From an uncultured Spirochaetaceae bacterium (lineage in GTDB: Bacteria; Spirochaetota; Spirochaetia; DSM-27196; PWMO01), in NCBI GenBank assembly GCA_964402885.1, contig CAYOFA010000001.1, forward strand, positions 16,496 through 55,449: a stretch of DNA of 38,954 nucleotides, read 5' to 3'. The notes under the pieces were generated by a model. The model saw only the letters and a list, made by a program, of their open reading frames with translations. It ran no database searches and was not told the origin of the DNA. Made by a program: the position numbers and the translations under genes. This document shows, one piece after another, positions 35,689 to 38,954 of the stretch. The stretch's first letter is position 1, and each line of letters opens with the position of its first letter.

Positions 35689-36484
35689 TCTGACCTTCCT
35701 CACAGGGAACGCGAATGGTCCGTATCGACTTCGCCGCTCCCGAATCCTCGATTTCCAGAAGCACACCCTGAAGCTCGAGCCGCCCCCAGGCCTCTGAGGA
35801 CCGCTCGGGAATCTGCGTCAGATACTGCTGGATTTCGACCGCCGGGTCGAGCCCGGCCACGCTGTCGAGGCTGCCGGTGCGGCCCGCGTCACAGATAACC
35901 GCCGTCCCCTTGGGCTGCAACCCGGCGTCGGCCGTCAGTGCGCGTTGCCCCGTACCGATGAGCGCCGAGACCGTGCCATCGATCATGAACATCATACTGC
36001 ACTTCTCCGCGGTCGTGGCGGCGTGGAAATCCACGAGGACGATGTCGGTGTCCTTCTTGGCCCGCGCAATCAGGTCCGGGAGGAAGAGGAAGGGGTTGGC
36101 GAGGTGAAGCTTGGTGAATCCGGACTGGCCGAGCACGCTGATGACCGCAATCCGCCGCTCACCGGCTGCGTAATGCCGCCACCCGCGGCCCGGGTTCCCC
36201 TGCGGGAAGTTCGCGGCCCGCAGGATGTAGGGAGCGGTGTCGATGTGGGTCACCATGTCTTTCTTGAAGTAGATCTGATCGCCGCCGGTGATGCAGTCGA
36301 CGCCGAGTTTTCGCAGATATATGGAGTGATTCTTGCCGATACCGAAGCCACCGGTCACGCCGTCCCCGTTTGCCACGACGAAGTCGAGGTCATAGGTGGT
36401 ACGGAGCTTGGGCAGGAGGTTCTTTATGCAGTAGAGCCCTGCTTTTCCGACGATTTCTCCGACGAACAGTACACGTATGGGCAC
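35663..36484 (-). CDS. ymdB: YmdB-like metallophosphoesterase (2',3'-cyclic-nucleotide phosphodiesterase family)
   Basis: VPIRVLFVGEIVGKAG...VVANGDGVTGGFGI...ITGGDQIYFKKD...VDFHAATTAEK is the typical YmdB/TIGR00282 pattern. GTG start. Confidence 0.85.
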   Translation of the reverse strand: MPIRVLFVGEIVGKAGLYCIKNLLPKLRTTYDLDFVVANGDGVTGGFGIGKNHSIYLRKLGVDCITGGDQIYFKKDMVTHIDTAPYILRAANFPQGNPGRGWRHYAAGERRIAVISVLGQSGFTKLHLANPFLFLPDLIARAKKDTDIVLVDFHAATTAEKCSMMFMIDGTVSALIGTGQRALTADAGLQPKGTAVICDAGRTGSLDSVAGLDPAVEIQQYLTQIPERSSEAWGRLELQGVLLEIEDSGAAKSIRTIRVPCEEGQNDRESESH

Positions 36485-36629
36485 GGACCGGTCCTTTCAC
36501 TTGAAGCCGCGGTACGGCGTCGCGCAGCGCCGCGAGGTCGCGCCGCTGCGGCGCGCGCGGGCGGCACCCGGGGAGTGTAGCACTCCGGGGGCCGTTGGGC
36601 AAACGCCCGCCGCGTCGCAAAGTTTGTGC

Positions 36630-36658
36630 TCGACACTTCCGCGATATCTGCGCATATT
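36630..36658 (+). promoter_or_regulatory. candidate sigma-70-like promoter for hsp20
   Basis: TCGACA-17 nt-CATATT, about 108 nt upstream of the hsp20 ATG. It is a weak match with no experimental support. Confidence 0.3.
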
Positions 36659-36765
36659 ATCCGCGAGGGACGGTTTGCGTACCAGACGCCCTCGGGTCGC
36701 CTCGTAGAGGGACCGTATATCACGACCCCGGACGCACGACGTCGGGGCAGCCACAGGAGCATTCC

Positions 36766-37272
36766 ATGAAACAGAAGGAATTCGTGGATCTCGGTCGCAT
36801 GATGGATGAGATCTTCTCCGCCGCGGAGAATCTCAAAGACGTATTCGAAGAGCGCATGGGCTATCAGCCCGGCGAGCGCGGGTTCAACTGGGACGCGCGC
36901 CATGACTTCTATCCCTTCTATTCCTACCCGCCCGCGAACATCTACATGACGGACAACAAGACCATCGTCTTCGAGTTCGCACTCGCGGGATTCGACGAGG
37001 AGAACATCAAGCTCGAGTTCCGCGGAGACTACATGTACCTCAGCGCGACGGTTCCGGCAGAAGAGGAACAGGACGACGTGCACTACCTCAAGCGCCGGTT
37101 GAAGTTCAAGGACATCAAGGATCAGAAGTACTACGTCCCCGAGGACAAGTTCGACCGTGACAAGGCCGACGCGGTGTTTCGAAACGGCGTGCTCAAGGTA
37201 ACCGTTCCGCCCAAGGAAGACGTTGCCGAAGGAGAGCGCGTAACGGTCGAAATCAAGAAGGAGGGAAGCTGA
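36766..37272 (+). CDS. Hsp20/alpha-crystallin family small heat-shock protein
   Basis: The alpha-crystallin domain is PPANIYMTDNKTIVFEFALAGFDEENIKLEFRGDYMYLSA...AVFRNGVLKVTVP. SD AGGAG lies 6-10 nt upstream of the ATG at 36766. Confidence 0.88.
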   Translation: MKQKEFVDLGRMMDEIFSAAENLKDVFEERMGYQPGERGFNWDARHDFYPFYSYPPANIYMTDNKTIVFEFALAGFDEENIKLEFRGDYMYLSATVPAEEEQDDVHYLKRRLKFKDIKDQKYYVPEDKFDRDKADAVFRNGVLKVTVPPKEDVAEGERVTVEIKKEGS

Positions 37273-37406
37273 TGGGATTTCTCTTTCCGCTGATTATCGG
37301 CGTCGCACTCGGCTATTTCTTCAAGCCGCAGCTCGACACCTTTGTCCGCCGTGTCGTACGTATGATAGACGACAGGCGGGGCAACGACGATATCTGGCGA
37401 CGCTGA
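37272..37406 (+). CDS. small membrane protein (44 aa), translationally coupled to hsp20
   Basis: Hand-translated, and below the ORF-track cutoff: MGFLFPLIIGVALGYFFKPQLDTFVRRVVRMIDDRRGNDDIWRR. The ATG overlaps the hsp20 stop (TGATG). It has one N-terminal TM helix and a basic tail. A terminator follows. Confidence 0.45.
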   Translation: MGFLFPLIIGVALGYFFKPQLDTFVRRVVRMIDDRRGNDDIWRR

Positions 37407-37456
37407 CCGCCGTGCCCCGCGGCACGCGGCTCTTCGCAGACACGTAACAGCCGAAG

Positions 37457-37484
37457 CGCCCCCGTTACATCGGGGGCGTTTCAC
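37457..37484 (+). terminator. intrinsic terminator after the hsp20/small-ORF unit
   Basis: An 8-bp GC stem CGCCCCCG, loop ttacat, CGGGGGCG, followed by TTTCACATTT. Confidence 0.6.
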
Positions 37485-37525
37485 ATTTCCGGCAGATTCC
37501 TGTTTTCCCCACGGGCGCCCCGCGC

Positions 37526-37531
37526 TATAAT
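37526..37531 (+). promoter_or_regulatory. perfect TATAAT -10 hexamer upstream of the PII-like gene
   Basis: TATAAT ends 15 nt before the ATG at 37547. There is no convincing -35 and no SD. This implies a very short leader. Confidence 0.35.
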
Positions 37532-37546
37532 GCCCGGCAACAGACC

Positions 37547-37888
37547 ATGAAACTCGTCGTGTTCGTGCTGAACAAAGAGGATCTTCTCGAGCAGGTACTC
37601 GAAGCCTACGTGGAGGCGGGAATCGAGGGCGCTACCATTCTCGACTCCGAGGGAATGGGGCGCTTCCTCACCTATGAGGTGCCGCTGTTCGCGGATTTCA
37701 AAGAGTTCATGAAGGGCAACAAGCCCTATAACAAAACGATACTGTCGGTCGTTCGTGACGAGGAGCTCATTCCCGGTCTCGAGCAGCTGCTCGATGACGT
37801 CTGCGGCGGACTCTCCGCCCCGGGGACGGGTATTTTCTTCACGATACCGGTGGATCACGCCGCCGGACTGGTGGGACAGGAGGAGTAG
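37547..37888 (+). CDS. PII-like signal-transduction family protein
   Basis: MKLVVFVLNKEDLLEQVLEAYVEAGIEGATILDSEGMGR parallels the GlnB N-terminus (MKKIEAII...V.EAL.E.GI.GMTV.E..G.GR). The C-terminal GTGIFFTIPVD parallels GDGKIFV. The T-loop region is divergent. Confidence 0.65.
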   Translation: MKLVVFVLNKEDLLEQVLEAYVEAGIEGATILDSEGMGRFLTYEVPLFADFKEFMKGNKPYNKTILSVVRDEELIPGLEQLLDDVCGGLSAPGTGIFFTIPVDHAAGLVGQEE

Positions 37889-37889
37889 C

Positions 37890-38357
37890 GTGACCGCATC
37901 GTTCTCGAAAATGCTCGACCCGAGCTGCGTCGTACTCGAGCTCTCCGCGCGCAAGAAGCGACCCGTTATCGAGGAGCTCGTCGCGACGCTCGCGAGCGCC
38001 GGCAAAGTCGGAGATGCCCGAACCCTCGCGGATGAAATCCTCGAGCGGGAGAAACTGACATCAACCGCGATCGGCCACGGCATCGCGGTGCCCCACAAGC
38101 TCTCCGACCAGGTGCCCGAAACCACTTTGGCCTTCGGGCGGTCTTCCGCGGGCGTCAAGTTCGACGCGCCGGACAACGCCCCGGTGACGCTCGTGTTCCT
38201 GCTGGTCGGACCCACCGGCGCCCACACGGCTCATCTGAGACTTCTCAGCAGACTCTCGCGCTATCTGAACGATCCCGAATTCCGCGCCGCCCTCCACACC
38301 GCGCAGAGTGCAGAGGAGGTCACGAGGCTCTTCGCCGAGCGGGAGGCGCAGACGTGA
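37890..38357 (+). CDS. ptsN: PTS EIIA, nitrogen-regulatory (fructose/mannitol-family) type
   Basis: The pattern is LLDPSCVVLELSARKKRPVIEEL...REKLTSTAIGHGIAVPH (phosphorylatable His)...VTLVFLLVGP. The GTG at 37890 has GGACAGGAGGAG just upstream. Confidence 0.85.
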   Translation: MTASFSKMLDPSCVVLELSARKKRPVIEELVATLASAGKVGDARTLADEILEREKLTSTAIGHGIAVPHKLSDQVPETTLAFGRSSAGVKFDAPDNAPVTLVFLLVGPTGAHTAHLRLLSRLSRYLNDPEFRAALHTAQSAEEVTRLFAEREAQT

Positions 38358-38869
38358 TCGGGCGACAGGCACGATGGAATGCGGTGCGCATCGCGCTGAC
38401 CACCGTCTACCTGATGGTCGGCTGGGTGCTCTTCACCTGGACGGTGGATCCCGCGTTCCTCCTGATCGGCCTCGGATTCTCCTTTATCGTGGCCCTGCTC
38501 ACGTACTCCCTCTTCATCGAGCAGGAGGAGGCCTCCCGCCGCACCCTCATCCCACGGGTGCACCTCCTGGTGGTATACGCCGCCGTTCTCATCTTCGAGA
38601 TGTACGTCGCGAGTTTCCGGGTCCTGTGGAACATCCTGCGGGGGCGCATCAACCCGGGAGTCGTCCACTTTCGAACGCGCCTCTCGAGCGATATCGCACG
38701 CGTCGCCCTGACCAACTCCATCACCCTCACCCCGGGAACCATCACCCTCGACCTCGACGACGATCACCTCATCGTGCACTGGCTCGATGCACGGACCACG
38801 CACTCGAAGTATGCCGGAGAGCTCGTGAAGGGGAGCTACGAGCGCATTCTCAAACGCATATGGACGTGA
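38354..38869 (+). CDS. mrpE: monovalent cation/H+ antiporter subunit E (Mrp/Mnh family)
   Basis: Two N-terminal TM helices, plus the MnhE-typical segment ALTNSITLTPGTITLDLDDDHLIVHWLD. The GTG start overlaps the ptsN stop (GTGA). Confidence 0.8.
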   Translation: MIGRQARWNAVRIALTTVYLMVGWVLFTWTVDPAFLLIGLGFSFIVALLTYSLFIEQEEASRRTLIPRVHLLVVYAAVLIFEMYVASFRVLWNILRGRINPGVVHFRTRLSSDIARVALTNSITLTPGTITLDLDDDHLIVHWLDARTTHSKYAGELVKGSYERILKRIWT

Positions 38870-38954
38870 TGCTTCGGTTCATGATCTATTTCTTTCTCGG
38901 CTCGAGTGTGGTGGGGATGGTGCGAACGCTGATCGGCCCCACCGTGGTCGACCG
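38869..38954 (+). CDS. mrpF: monovalent cation/H+ antiporter subunit F, N-terminal fragment (runs off window)
   Basis: Hand-translated MLRFMIYFFLGSSVVGMVRTLIGPTVVD matches the MrpF/MnhF N-terminal pattern (R..GP...DR). The ATG overlaps the mrpE stop. Confidence 0.6.
   Translation, partial: MLRFMIYFFLGSSVVGMVRTLIGPTVVD

Noticed and set aside
36572-36586. A CIRCE (HrcA operator) element upstream of hsp20.
   Set aside because: Only one arm (GTAGCACTC) resembles TTAGCACTC. The partner arm is 3 nt away rather than 9 nt away and lacks GCTAA. No hrcA is present in the window.

Overview
This is a GC-rich (judged by eye, not computed), densely packed chromosomal segment. I found no transposase, integrase, CRISPR array or rRNA. 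The content points to a spirochete-like lineage. Supporting features are an archaeal/eukaryote-type PheRS (long alpha, short beta), a regulatory PTS (HprK, HPr, EIIA-Ntr) with no EI or permease in the window, an lptCAB-rpoN-hpf locus, and cheR-cheB.

Gene order:
- partial histidine kinase, then a HAD phosphatase
- opuA-type glycine betaine ABC transporter (-)
- MarR, ThrH and a REC-Hpt protein (+)
- a minus-strand run of tRNA-Ala(CGC), pheS, pheT, an NDK-like hypothetical, and a cNMP-binding/AMP-nucleosidase-like fusion
- two small genes (+)
- LamG-FN3 secreted protein and a TPR/proline-rich giant (-)
- uvrC (+)
- a 12.6 kb co-directional minus-strand array: BFN nuclease, pyrG, lptC, lptA, lptB, rpoN, hpf, hprK, ptsH, DUF4390-like, NtrY-like kinase, sigma-54 activator, lexA, holA
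- cheR-cheB (+)
- ymdB-like and rseC-like (-)
- hsp20 plus a coupled 44-aa membrane ORF
- PII-like, ptsN, mrpE, mrpF (+, truncated at the window edge)

The most interesting candidate is the two-gene module at 7099-10104. It encodes a cyclic-nucleotide-binding domain fused to a PNP/AMP-nucleosidase-type catalytic domain, preceded by a divergent NDK-like protein. I read this as a possible cyclic-nucleotide-gated nucleotide nucleosidase. This is inference from motifs recognised by eye. No cyclase is present in the window and the surrounding context is housekeeping.

Secondary points are lexA embedded in a sigma-54 two-component operon, and ptsN displaced from the rpoN locus and translationally coupled to a PII-like gene and an Mrp antiporter.
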